DNA from: Deinococcota bacterium
Lineage (GTDB): Bacteria > Deinococcota > Deinococci > Deinococcales > Thermaceae
Direction: 5' to 3'
Assembly (NCBI GenBank): GCA_041695225.1
Contig: JBGFRI010000030.1
Coordinates: 1-64,000, forward strand
DNA length: 64,000 bases
Part shown: positions 7,319-16,361 of the stretch, one piece after another
How positions within the stretch are numbered: position 1 is the stretch's first letter
Layout: each line of letters begins with the position of its first letter
The notes under the pieces: model-generated
Database searches by the model: none
What the model was told of the DNA's origin: nothing
The model's input: only the letters and a program-made list of their open reading frames with translations
Made by a program: the position numbers and the translations under genes

Positions 7319-10143
7319 ATAATCCTCCAGCGAATCGTAAAAATAGGCTCCAAACTCTGCTTCTGCTGCAACTGCGCCTCGAGCTCCTCAATCAAATCCC
7401 CACGCTTACGGTCAATCTCGTCCTGGGCCTCGAACAGGCTGCGGCGCTTGGCGTTGCGGGCGGCCTCGAGGGCCTTGATCTGCTTCTGGCCCTCGAGCTT
7501 CTCTTGCAGCGACTGGGCCAGGCTCGCGGCCCGCCGCGCCTCCTTGATCTGGCGGTCGAGTTCCTTGATCTCGCGCTCGAGGCCCACCTTCATATCGTCG
7601 GCCCAGGCGTCCAGCCGGTTAGCCTCCTTCTCGAAGAAGTCGGCGTTGCGCTGGCTGATGTTGGTTTGGATGGCCCGGCGGCGGGCCTGGGTGAGGGTCT
7701 CGAGCATATCCGGCGGGGGCTGGGGGGTCTCGCCCGTCAACTTTGCGGGCAGCTTGAAGAGGTCGCGGGGGGTGTCTTCCAGGAGTGGCTCTCCGCCGTC
7801 GGTCACTGCCACCGCCAGCAGATAGTCCTCGGTCTGTTGCAGCGCAGTGACGCTAAACTTGTTCAGGCGCAGCCACCCGGCCTGCCCCCGCAGATTCTCC
7901 AGCAGGGTGATTTTGGCGGGGTATGCGGTGTAATTGAACTCGAGCTGGCTCACGCCCAGCGGGCGCTCTCGGGCCTGGTGAATCAGGTACTGGGCCAGGG
8001 TATCGGAGAGGCGGTAGAAGTGGGCCTCGGGGTGATAGCGGGGCAGCTCGTAGCGGCCCAGCGGGATCTCGAGGGGGGTGGGGTTGTGCTGTAACTCGAA
8101 GCCCTTGTCGTCGAAAACCGCCGCACCGTCCAGTTCGTGGCGGGTCAGGTCCATCAGCAGCCGCTCGAAGCGGTTCAGGGCGCTCTTGCTCTGCTCTTCA
8201 CTGGTTTTGAGACGCTGGTTTACTTCTTCGTCGAAGTTCTCCAGCAGTTTCTTGCGGGTCTGGCTCATGGAGTCCTGGATCTCCACGCTCAACTCCTGTT
8301 GCAAGGCGTCGAAGGCGGCCTGGATCTGCTCGGGGGTGCGGCAGCGCTGGTAGATCTCGGCGATGCGCCGCTCGAAGTCCACCCCGGACTCGATGGCCCC
8401 CAGCACCTCGTCGGAGGAGCCGAACACCCCGTCAAAGAGCCGGAACTTCTGCTCGAGCAGCTCGAACACCCGCTGGTCGGCCTGGTTGGCCCGGTTGACG
8501 AAGTTCACCACCACCACGTCGTGCTTCTGGCCGTAGCGGTGGCAGCGCCCGATCCGCTGCTCGATGCGCTGGGGGTTCCAGGGAAGGTCGTAGTTGATCA
8601 CCAGCGAACAGAATTGCAGGTTGATGCCCTCCGAACCCGCCTCGGTGGCAATCATAATTTCTGCCCGCTCGCGGAACTCGTCCACCAGGGCGCTGCGTAT
8701 ATCGGCGCTGGCCGAGCCAGTAACGCGGTCGGTGCCCTTGTGCCGCTCCTGCCACTCGCGCAGGATGCGCTTGGAGCCGGGGTCGGAGTTGCTGCCGTTG
8801 AAGAGCACCACCTTGCCGGAGTAGCGGGGCTCGAGCACCCGCAGTAAATACTCCTGAGTACGGCGCGACTCGGTGAAGATGATGGCCTTGCGCTCGGCTC
8901 CCAGCCGTTCGGCCTCGTCGAAAGCCCGCTCCAGCGCGGCCACCAGGGCCTGCCCTTTGGCATTGTCGGTGATGCTCGAGGCCAGCGTGAAGTAGCGCTC
9001 CAGGTCGGCTACCTCGGCGGCAATGGCGGCCTTGTCGGCCTCGGTCAGGGGCCTGTCGTCGGGCTCCTCGCCCCACTCCTCAGCGGTGGCGTCAAGGGCC
9101 TCGTAGTCCTCGCCCAGCCGATCTCCCAACTCGCCCTCGAGCTGCTTCCTGAGGCGCTTGCCGATGTTCTCCAGGGCCCCGGCTACCGCGAAGCTCGAAG
9201 AGGCCAGCAGCTTGCGCATCACCAGGGTGATCAGGTTGCGCTGGGAGCTGGGCAGGCCGTGCAGGTTCTCGCGCCGCAGATACTCGCTCACCAGGTCGTA
9301 CAGCTCGGTCTCGGCGTCGCTGGGGGTGAAGTCCTGGGTCAGGGGTTGGCGCCGGGTGTACTTGATGTAAGCCTGCACCTGGCGGCGCAGGGTGCGGTGG
9401 CAGACCGGGCGCAGCCGCTCGCGCAAAATATTGAAAGCCTGGGCATCGTCTATGTTCCCGAACTGGGCGCGGAAACTCCCCAGGTCGCCAAAGGCTCGGT
9501 CGTCAATGATGCTCACCAGCCCGTACAGCTCTTGCAGGTTGTTCTGGAGCGGGGTGGCGGTGAGCAGAATCTTGGGGGCCTGGTCGAGGGCCTTCTTGAG
9601 CACATTGGCGATGACGTTGCCCGGCTTGTAGACGTTGCGCAGCCGGTGTGCCTCATCCATCACCACCAGATCCCACTTGATCCGGGCGATGTCGGCGGCC
9701 TTGGCCTTAGCGAACTGATACGAGCAGATCACAATCCTTTCGGATATGAACGGCTCGAAGTTGCCTTGCTTGATGGCCGCGTTGTAGAACCTGGTCTCGA
9801 GGATTTCACAAGGCAAGAAAAACTTCTCGGACAGTTCCTGGAACCACTGCTTGCGCAGGTTGGCCGGGGTCACACACAACACCCGCCGCTTGCGCTCGGC
9901 CCACTTCTGGGCGATCACCAGCCCGGCCTCTATAGTTTTGCCCAGCCCCACCTCGTCTGCCAGAATCGCCCCCTTGGAGAGCGGGGAATGGAAAGCGAAC
10001 AGGGCTGCGTCCACCTGGTGGGGGTTGAGATCAACCTGAGCATCCACTAAAGTTCCAGCAAGACGCTCGAAGTCGCTCGAGGGGAAGCGCTGGGTCAATT
10101 CCTCGGCAAATAGTCGTGCGTGAAAAATAGTATGGGCCGACAT
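7315..10143 (-). CDS. SNF2-family helicase associated with type III R-M
   Basis: LADEVGLGKT, MDEAH, LTATPLQN, EGINLQ, WNPQRIEQRIGRCHRYGQ; coiled-coil C-terminus. Confidence 0.92.
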   Translation of the reverse strand: MSAHTIFHARLFAEELTQRFPSSDFERLAGTLVDAQVDLNPHQVDAALFAFHSPLSKGAILADEVGLGKTIEAGLVIAQKWAERKRRVLCVTPANLRKQWFQELSEKFFLPCEILETRFYNAAIKQGNFEPFISERIVICSYQFAKAKAADIARIKWDLVVMDEAHRLRNVYKPGNVIANVLKKALDQAPKILLTATPLQNNLQELYGLVSIIDDRAFGDLGSFRAQFGNIDDAQAFNILRERLRPVCHRTLRRQVQAYIKYTRRQPLTQDFTPSDAETELYDLVSEYLRRENLHGLPSSQRNLITLVMRKLLASSSFAVAGALENIGKRLRKQLEGELGDRLGEDYEALDATAEEWGEEPDDRPLTEADKAAIAAEVADLERYFTLASSITDNAKGQALVAALERAFDEAERLGAERKAIIFTESRRTQEYLLRVLEPRYSGKVVLFNGSNSDPGSKRILREWQERHKGTDRVTGSASADIRSALVDEFRERAEIMIATEAGSEGINLQFCSLVINYDLPWNPQRIEQRIGRCHRYGQKHDVVVVNFVNRANQADQRVFELLEQKFRLFDGVFGSSDEVLGAIESGVDFERRIAEIYQRCRTPEQIQAAFDALQQELSVEIQDSMSQTRKKLLENFDEEVNQRLKTSEEQSKSALNRFERLLMDLTRHELDGAAVFDDKGFELQHNPTPLEIPLGRYELPRYHPEAHFYRLSDTLAQYLIHQARERPLGVSQLEFNYTAYPAKITLLENLRGQAGWLRLNKFSVTALQQTEDYLLAVAVTDGGEPLLEDTPRDLFKLPAKLTGETPQPPPDMLETLTQARRRAIQTNISQRNADFFEKEANRLDAWADDMKVGLEREIKELDRQIKEARRAASLAQSLQEKLEGQKQIKALEAARNAKRRSLFEAQDEIDRKRGDLIEELEAQLQQKQSLEPIFTIRWRII

Positions 10144-10309
10144 TTATCCACAGAATACCCTGGCTGGAGCTTCCTGTAGGGTAATTTTGGTAACGCCTCG
10201 AGGGCGGAACCCATGCTTCCAGATCAGCCTGCTCAACGGGCTTTCGGCGGGTATGCTACGGTTAGATCCGGCCCAACTCTCCTTGCCCAGCAACAATGCC
10301 GCGCTAGAT

Positions 10310-11341
10310 TTACAGGTCGGTACGCACCACCCCCGCAATTTCCAGGATGAAGTCGGCCCCATAAGCCGTGGCAGGGGTCTGGAAACCCGGTGGGGACTCG
10401 CCGCGCAACACCCGCTCCACCGCCGCTACCGCCGTCAGCGCCGTCAGGGTATAGGCCTCGGGCGCCTGCAGGCGGGCTGCTCGCCGGCTGCCCGATTCAT
10501 CGCGAGCCTCACCCCAGACCTGGCTGGTCGCCTGAGCCCGCCGCGCTGCGTCCGGCCCACCCATGCGCCGAATTCGGCTTTGCAGCCAGGGCTTTACCCC
10601 AGGTAGGCGGAGGAACTTCTCCAGCAGCCCGCTCAAGCCCATCCACCGGCCACCGAAGGCGGTGTAGACCTCGAGGTTGGGAATGCCGGTGCTGTGATAA
10701 GCCGTGACCAGATCGCCCCACGAGAGAGGCATCGCCCGAACTGGCCCGCTGCCAAAATCTACCGTGCAGCTCAGACCGGGGGGCGCAGGAACCAGCCTGC
10801 CGTCGCGGCGAATGAGCGCAGCCTGCCCCAGGTGCTCCAGAGCGGTGGCCAGCGTCCCCCCCGAGACAAAAGGGGTGCGGAAGGCCAGCCTGAGATGGGT
10901 GGCGCTGGGTAGCTGCTGTTTGAGATAAAGGGCCAGGCAGTCCGAGGGCACCACGTCAAAGCCAGCGCCCGGAAGTAGCATCACCCCGGCGGCGCGGGCC
11001 TGGCTGTCTTGCTGGTGCAAAGTTTCGAAGACCACAATCTCGCCGGTAATGTCCAGGTAGTGGGTGTGGCTCTCCAGGCAGGCTTGCACCATGGGCGGCG
11101 CGGTATGCACAAACGGGCCAGCGCAGTGCAACACCGCTGTCATTCCCTTTAGGCCCTCCCGCAGCCTGGCCGGGTCGTCCAGACCAAATACCCGGTGCTC
11201 CAGGCCCAATTCCGTTCCCAGCCGGGCCAGAGCGCTGGCGTTGCGCCCAGCCAGGATGGGTCTCAATCCACGTTCCACTGCCCGCTCGGCCGCGAGCCTG
11301 CCGGTGTAGCCGTTTGCCCCGTAAAGCAGCCAGTGCGCCAT
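10310..11341 (-). CDS. Saccharopine dehydrogenase-like oxidoreductase
   Basis: YGANGYTG Rossmann motif, HCAGPF, YLDITGE, GFDVVPSD. Confidence 0.85.
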   Translation of the reverse strand: MAHWLLYGANGYTGRLAAERAVERGLRPILAGRNASALARLGTELGLEHRVFGLDDPARLREGLKGMTAVLHCAGPFVHTAPPMVQACLESHTHYLDITGEIVVFETLHQQDSQARAAGVMLLPGAGFDVVPSDCLALYLKQQLPSATHLRLAFRTPFVSGGTLATALEHLGQAALIRRDGRLVPAPPGLSCTVDFGSGPVRAMPLSWGDLVTAYHSTGIPNLEVYTAFGGRWMGLSGLLEKFLRLPGVKPWLQSRIRRMGGPDAARRAQATSQVWGEARDESGSRRAARLQAPEAYTLTALTAVAAVERVLRGESPPGFQTPATAYGADFILEIAGVVRTDL

Positions 11342-11450
11342 AACATGAGCTTACCCTGCTCTTTCGGCAAAGTAACCGAAAGCAAAAACCACCACACAGG
11401 GTCAGATTAAATAACCCAGCACAGCAGAAGCCAGGCTGTAATATGGTTTC

Positions 11451-11741
11451 ATGCGTAGAGGCAGTGTGCTGGCTATCCTGGAAGAGCGCCTAACCGGCCT
11501 GACCGAGCAGTATCAGATCAAGAGCCTGTATCTGTTTGGCTCCGCCGCCCGCGACGAGGCCAGCTCGAGCAGCGACCTGGATTTTCTGGTGCGTCTCGAA
11601 GAGCCCACCTTCGAATACTACATCGGCCTTAAGCACGACCTGGAAGACATGCTGGGCAGCAAAGTAGATCTGGTCAGCGCCAAGAAAGTACCCGCCGACT
11701 TGCGCTCGCATATCGAGGCCGACGCGGTACAGTTGGTTTGA
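11451..11741 (+). CDS. Minimal nucleotidyltransferase (MNT) antitoxin
   Basis: LFGSAARDEASSSSDLDFLV (GS..DxD). Confidence 0.9.
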   Translation: MRRGSVLAILEERLTGLTEQYQIKSLYLFGSAARDEASSSSDLDFLVRLEEPTFEYYIGLKHDLEDMLGSKVDLVSAKKVPADLRSHIEADAVQLV

Positions 11742-11744
11742 AGG

Positions 11745-12119
11745 GTGCCTATGCGCGACCCCGATATCCCCAACCCGCACCTGCTGCCCAGGGTTCACCT
11801 AAAGCAGATGAAACAAGCGGCCCAACGCGTTCTGGACTACACCGCCGGGATGAACTTTGCCGAGTTTGCTGCCGATGAGCGCACCCAGGATGCGGTACGC
11901 TACAACCTGAACCTGCTAGGCCAGATTGCTGCCGCCATGCACAAAAGCGTGCGGGAGGATGTGAGGGGGCTAGACTGGCGAAGAATTCTGGATCTGCCCG
12001 ATCTGGTCAGTAATCTGCATTTTGGCATCCAGGACGAAATTCTCTGGGACCTGATCCAGCGTGCCGTGCCCTACTGGCTGGTGATACTGGAGGAGACCCT
12101 CGAGCAGCAACCCGGTTAA
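11745..12119 (+). CDS. DUF86/HepT-like HEPN protein with degenerate catalytic motif (ATG alternative at 11751)
   Basis: TQDAVRYNL..LG, W..I, HFGIQDEILWD pattern; the expected R-x4-H is replaced by PDLVSNLH. Confidence 0.8.
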   Translation: MPMRDPDIPNPHLLPRVHLKQMKQAAQRVLDYTAGMNFAEFAADERTQDAVRYNLNLLGQIAAAMHKSVREDVRGLDWRRILDLPDLVSNLHFGIQDEILWDLIQRAVPYWLVILEETLEQQPG

Positions 12120-12268
12120 GTAAAGGGATTCGGTCAACTTTTTTAGACTGATGCATACCCTTCGAAAAGGTCGCAGGTCTCAGGTCTCGGGTCGAACCGG
12201 GGCTCGGGGGCTTGGCAGCTTGGCTTTAGTCGCTGGCCGGGGAAGCAGCAAGTACCGTAACCCGCCGG

Positions 12269-12480
12269 GAAAGCAACCCCTGGTGCTGACCCTGCCCTCC
12301 GACCGGCTCGAGTCGAGCCCCAAGGGGGCTTTTGCTGGAACCGCCGCCCAGCCATTGCGCGTACCGGGCGGTGCGGTAGTAGCCGCCCCTGTAACGACTG
12401 GAGCTTTGTCGCAGAGTTGAAACGGGACCTACAGAGCGCCACTCCGGTCGTCCGGTGCTGGCCCAGTTAGGCCTGCTTTC
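12269..12480. ncRNA. Candidate structured ncRNA, 6S-like rod with central bubble (strand unresolved)
   Basis: Nested complementarity: GAAAGCA/TGCTTTC ends, CGACCGG/CCGGTCG, GGGGC/GCCCC, apical CCGCCGCCC/GGGCGGTGCGG; intergenic with no credible ORF. Confidence 0.4.
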
Positions 12481-12532
12481 AGTCGAACACTCTTCGCTAG
12501 AACAGCCTCATCCAAAGCGCTAGACTAGCCTT

Positions 12533-13522
12533 ATGCTTCGCTTACTGTTTGCCTTGCTGGCCCTGTCTTCCCTGGGATGGGCGCAAAACACCCACACCGT
12601 CCGGCCCGGCGACACTCTGTACCGTATCGCCAAACAGTACAGCACCAGCGTTGAAGCCTTGCAGACCCTCAACAATATCCCCGATCCCCGACGGCTTCGC
12701 GTTGGGCAGGTGCTCCGGCTGAATGGGCAGCCAGGGCCCACCCTGTTGGCAGATCTGCCCGCCCCCTTTGCCTCTATTGAGCTTCCCCTGAGGCTCACCC
12801 AGGGCCAGGCTTTTCGCGTAAGGGTAAACGCGCGAAATCTGCCGGTTCAGGTACGCTTTCTGGACCTCACCCACCAGACCCTTCAGGGCAGTCTGCTGCT
12901 GGCAGTGCCCCGACTGCACCCCCCTGGAACCTACCGCATAGAATTTCAGGCCGGCGGGGTGGTTCACAGCGCCTCGCTGCGGGTTTTAGCAACAGAAAGG
13001 GGGCGCGAGTCGCTCATTTTGCCCCCAGATCGTCGGCGTTTGTTAAATGAGCGCCTGCTGATTGCCGAGCGAAACCGGGTGCTAAGGGTATGCGCGGAAG
13101 GCCCTCCGGAGCAGCTCTGGCGGGCAGCCTGGAGACGCCCGGTTGAAGCCGAACGCGTCACCTCAATTTTCGGTGTTTTGCGCAGTTTTAACGGCGGCCC
13201 GTTCCGTACCTATCACACCGGGCTGGACTACGGCCTTCCTACCGGCACCCCGGTTTTTGCCCCGGCGCCCGGAGTGGTGGGCCTGGCCGAGTCGCTAAAG
13301 GTGCGGGGCGGGGCCGTAATTTTGCAGCACGGCATGGGTGTTTGCAGCGGCTACTGGCACCTATCCCGGATTACAGTGCAGCCAGGCCAGCGGGTTAGTA
13401 CCGGAGACCTGATTGGCTACGTGGGCAACACCGGCCTCTCCACCGGCCCCCACCTTCACTTCGAGATTCGCGTGCATGGCGTACCCACCGACCCCATGCC
13501 CTGGTACTTTCGAACTCCCTAG
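12533..13522 (+). CDS. Secreted LysM + M23 metallopeptidase
   Basis: Signal peptide; HTVRPGDTLYRIA LysM; HTGLD, YWHL and STGPHLHFE M23 motifs. Confidence 0.93.
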   Translation: MLRLLFALLALSSLGWAQNTHTVRPGDTLYRIAKQYSTSVEALQTLNNIPDPRRLRVGQVLRLNGQPGPTLLADLPAPFASIELPLRLTQGQAFRVRVNARNLPVQVRFLDLTHQTLQGSLLLAVPRLHPPGTYRIEFQAGGVVHSASLRVLATERGRESLILPPDRRRLLNERLLIAERNRVLRVCAEGPPEQLWRAAWRRPVEAERVTSIFGVLRSFNGGPFRTYHTGLDYGLPTGTPVFAPAPGVVGLAESLKVRGGAVILQHGMGVCSGYWHLSRITVQPGQRVSTGDLIGYVGNTGLSTGPHLHFEIRVHGVPTDPMPWYFRTP

Positions 13523-13794
13523 AGTCAAAAGAAAGGTCTCAGGGCATAAGTCGCAGGTCTAAGGTCGAAGGTCTAAGGTCAAATGCTACCAGCTATGGGC
13601 TATTTAGCTATTAGCTGTTGGCAATCAGCTATGGGCTATATATGTTGCAGGTCTCAGGCCGCAAGTCGGCCAGGGATCAGGCGGATACTACCCCAGCAAC
13701 GTTTTCTGGCTTCGACTGGCGAGTTTGTCGCTCTATCTTTGGCCTTCGAGTTGTGGGTCTAGCAGGACATGCACGACGAAACAAATCCTGTTGC

Positions 13795-14349
13795 CTAACC
13801 ATCAGAACAGCCCCGGGATGTGGGCCTTATGCCATGCTCGGTGGCCAGAAACCGCACCGGAACATCCCACCTATCGTGGGGAAGTTGGGGCAGGATGAGC
13901 GCCTCTGCCACCAGGCCAACGGTCAGAACCTGTCGGCTCAGCTGGCCCAAAAATCGGTCGTAATACCCCTGTCCGTAGCCCAGACGATGGCCCTTGGGGT
14001 CGAAGGCCAGCCCCGGCGCCAGCACCGCCTCGAGCACTCCGAGCTCTACCCGGGGCGCATGAGCTACCGGCTCCCAGAAGCCGTATTTGTGCTTGACCAG
14101 TGGGCAGGGCAGGGGGTGAACCTCGAGCTGATAGGTACGGGCCCTGGGCAGGTAGTAGCAAGCCGGGTAAAGGCTTTGCAGCTCGGCAGGATCGAGCTCA
14201 GAGCCAAAAGCGCTATAGAGCAGAATATGCTGTACCCGCCGTTCGGACAAGAAGCGTGCCAGGTGCTGGTTGACCTGCGCCGATAGCTGGGAAACCGGCA
14301 GCGTCCGCCGCACTTCCTTTGCCCAGCGCCGTAGCTCTACCTTGGTCAT
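13795..14349 (-). CDS. 5-formyltetrahydrofolate cyclo-ligase
   Basis: Probable start MTKVELRR at 14349; PGLAFDPKGHRLGYGQGYYDRFL; WDVPV. Confidence 0.92.
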   Translation of the reverse strand: MTKVELRRWAKEVRRTLPVSQLSAQVNQHLARFLSERRVQHILLYSAFGSELDPAELQSLYPACYYLPRARTYQLEVHPLPCPLVKHKYGFWEPVAHAPRVELGVLEAVLAPGLAFDPKGHRLGYGQGYYDRFLGQLSRQVLTVGLVAEALILPQLPHDRWDVPVRFLATEHGIRPTSRGCSDG

Positions 14350-14514
14350 GGGTTCCAGTATTGCATCCCGGTGAGGTTCAAAATCCCCTGAGGCCGAGAA
14401 GCGAATCGCAAATACCCAGCCACGGGTAGAGGCCAGCGCAAGACACCCTGCCCAGGGGGTACACAAGCGGCTACGGGCGGGATAGACTCAACCTTGGACT
14501 ATCGGAGGAACCTT

Positions 14515-15819
14515 ATGATTCAAGCCCCTTCCAAAAACCAGGCGTTGCTCGAGCGTCGCCACAAGATCGTCCCCCGAGGCGTTTCGCAGGTTCACCCGCT
14601 GGTAGTTGACCGGGCCGAGGGTGGCAAAATCTGGGACGCAGACGGTAAGGAGTATCTGGACTGGTATGGCGGTATCGGTGTACTCAACGTCGGGCACAAC
14701 CACCCCAGGGTAGTAGCGGCGGTCGAAAAGCAGTTGCGCCAGTACATGCACACCTGCTTTCCCGGGGTGGCCTACGAGCCCTACCTCGAGCTGGCCGAAC
14801 GGCTGGCGGCCATCGCGCCAATTGCGGGGGACAAAAAGGTTTTCTTTCTGACCACCGGGGTCGAGGCGACCGAGAATGCCATCAAGATAGCCCGCTCTTA
14901 CACCAACCGGCCTGGAGTGATTTCTTTTCGGCATTCCTTCCACGGGCGCACCCTGCTGGGCATGACCCTCACGGGAAAGTCCAGTCCCTACCGGCAAAAC
15001 TTTGGCCCTTTCGCGCCTGAGGTCTACCACGCCCCATACCCTTACGAGTACCGGGGCCTGGACACCCGCGCAGCCCTCGAGGGTTTGCACGAGCTGCTGG
15101 ATACGGCCATCGCACCCGACCGGGTAGCTGCGATCATCATCGAACCACAGTTGGGTGAGGGTGGCTTCGTACCTGCTCCTAAGCCCTTTCTGAAAGCGCT
15201 GCGCAGCCTGACCCTCAAGCACGGTATCGTGCTGATTGACGACGAAATCCAGACCGGCATCGGGCGCACTGGCCGGTTCTGGGCTATCGAGCATTCTGAG
15301 GTCGAGCCCGACCTGGTCTGTTTCGCCAAGAGCCTGGGTGGGGGTATGCCCATCTCTGGCGTACTGGGCAAGGCCGAGATTATGGATGCCCCAGCGGTGG
15401 GGGGCCTGGGGGGCACTTTTGGCGGAAACCCCCTGTCCTGCGCAGCAGGACTGGCGGTACTCGAGATTTTCGAGCAGGAAAACCTGCTAGAAAAAGCCCA
15501 GAAGCTCGGCGAGATCCTGCATGATGGCTTCCGCCGGATTCAGGCCCGCTTTCCGCAGGTGGTGGGCGATGTGCGCGGCCTGGGCCCCATGATTGGCATG
15601 GAACTGGTCAAGGATCAGGAGAGCAAAAGCCCCGATGGCCAGCTTACCAATCGCCTGGTAGAGACCGCCCGCGAAAAAGGCCTGCTGCTTTTCAAGGCCG
15701 GGATGCACTACAACGTAATTCGTTGCCTGGTGCCGCTGGTGGTGAGCGAAGCAGAAGCCCGGCAGGGCCTGGCGATCCTGGAGGAGAGCCTCGAGCAGGC
15801 TCTTCAGCAGCCCTCGTAA
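14515..15819 (+). CDS. gabT: 4-aminobutyrate aminotransferase (class III PLP)
   Basis: GGAGG RBS; EATENAIKIAR, FHGRT, EPQLGEGG, DEIQTGIGRTG, AKSLGGG, GGTFGGNP. Confidence 0.9.
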   Translation: MIQAPSKNQALLERRHKIVPRGVSQVHPLVVDRAEGGKIWDADGKEYLDWYGGIGVLNVGHNHPRVVAAVEKQLRQYMHTCFPGVAYEPYLELAERLAAIAPIAGDKKVFFLTTGVEATENAIKIARSYTNRPGVISFRHSFHGRTLLGMTLTGKSSPYRQNFGPFAPEVYHAPYPYEYRGLDTRAALEGLHELLDTAIAPDRVAAIIIEPQLGEGGFVPAPKPFLKALRSLTLKHGIVLIDDEIQTGIGRTGRFWAIEHSEVEPDLVCFAKSLGGGMPISGVLGKAEIMDAPAVGGLGGTFGGNPLSCAAGLAVLEIFEQENLLEKAQKLGEILHDGFRRIQARFPQVVGDVRGLGPMIGMELVKDQESKSPDGQLTNRLVETAREKGLLLFKAGMHYNVIRCLVPLVVSEAEARQGLAILEESLEQALQQPS

Positions 15820-15874
15820 AAACTTAAAATTGGCTTATGGGCTGCTGGTAAAACGGGGTGATAGAAGGCTTATG

Positions 15875-16306
15875 GTAACTACTCAGGAGCCAGGAGCCAG
15901 AATTCAGGAGTCAGAATGAAAAGGGGCCCAGCCAGGCATTTTCAAGATTTGATTGTTTGGCAAAAAGCTCATCAATTTGTTTTATCATCGTATTGTCTTA
16001 GCGGTAGTTTCCCATCAAGAGAGACGTATGGCCTTACTTCCCAGTTGAGGAGAGCGGCCATTTCTATTCCGGCTAACATTGCGGAAGGCTTTAAGAAAAA
16101 GACAAAGCCCGATAAAGCCAAGTACATGAATATTGCACAAGCATCTCTTGAAGAATGTCGATACTATCTGATTCTGGCGAAAGATCTTGGTTATGGTGAT
16201 ACTTTACAGTTAATGCCCCTTCTTGAAGAAGTCAGCAAGTTACTGGAAGCCTATACTTCTTCGATTCTGGATTCTGGCTCCTGACTTCCGACTCCTGAGT
16301 AGTTAC
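15875..16306. repeat. Inverted heptamer-repeat arms with a 15-bp perfect terminal inverted repeat around the four-helix-bundle gene
   Basis: GTAACTACTCAGGAG (15875-15889) vs CTCCTGAGTAGTTAC (16292-16306); internal CAGGAGC/CAGAATT heptamers mirrored downstream. Confidence 0.85.
15916..16284 (+). CDS. Four-helix-bundle protein (23S rRNA IVP-like family)
   Basis: FQDLIVWQKA...FPSRETYGLTSQLRRAAISIPANIAEG...IAQASLEEC; AT-richer than neighbours. Confidence 0.92.
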   Translation: MKRGPARHFQDLIVWQKAHQFVLSSYCLSGSFPSRETYGLTSQLRRAAISIPANIAEGFKKKTKPDKAKYMNIAQASLEECRYYLILAKDLGYGDTLQLMPLLEEVSKLLEAYTSSILDSGS

Positions 16307-16361
16307 GGCTTTTGTCTGTTGTACAGGCTCAAATAGGTTGCGGTACGATGAGGCCCAGCCT

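Noticed and set aside
7252..10050. Long plus-strand ORFs opposite SNF2 (also opposite gabT, glpK and manC)
   Set aside because: Antisense shadows expected in high-GC coding DNA.
12225..12260. SRP RNA (GGAAGCAGC), RNase P or c-di-AMP riboswitch
   Set aside because: The SRP CAGG..GNRA partner, RNase P GAGGAAAGUCC and ydaO consensus blocks are absent.
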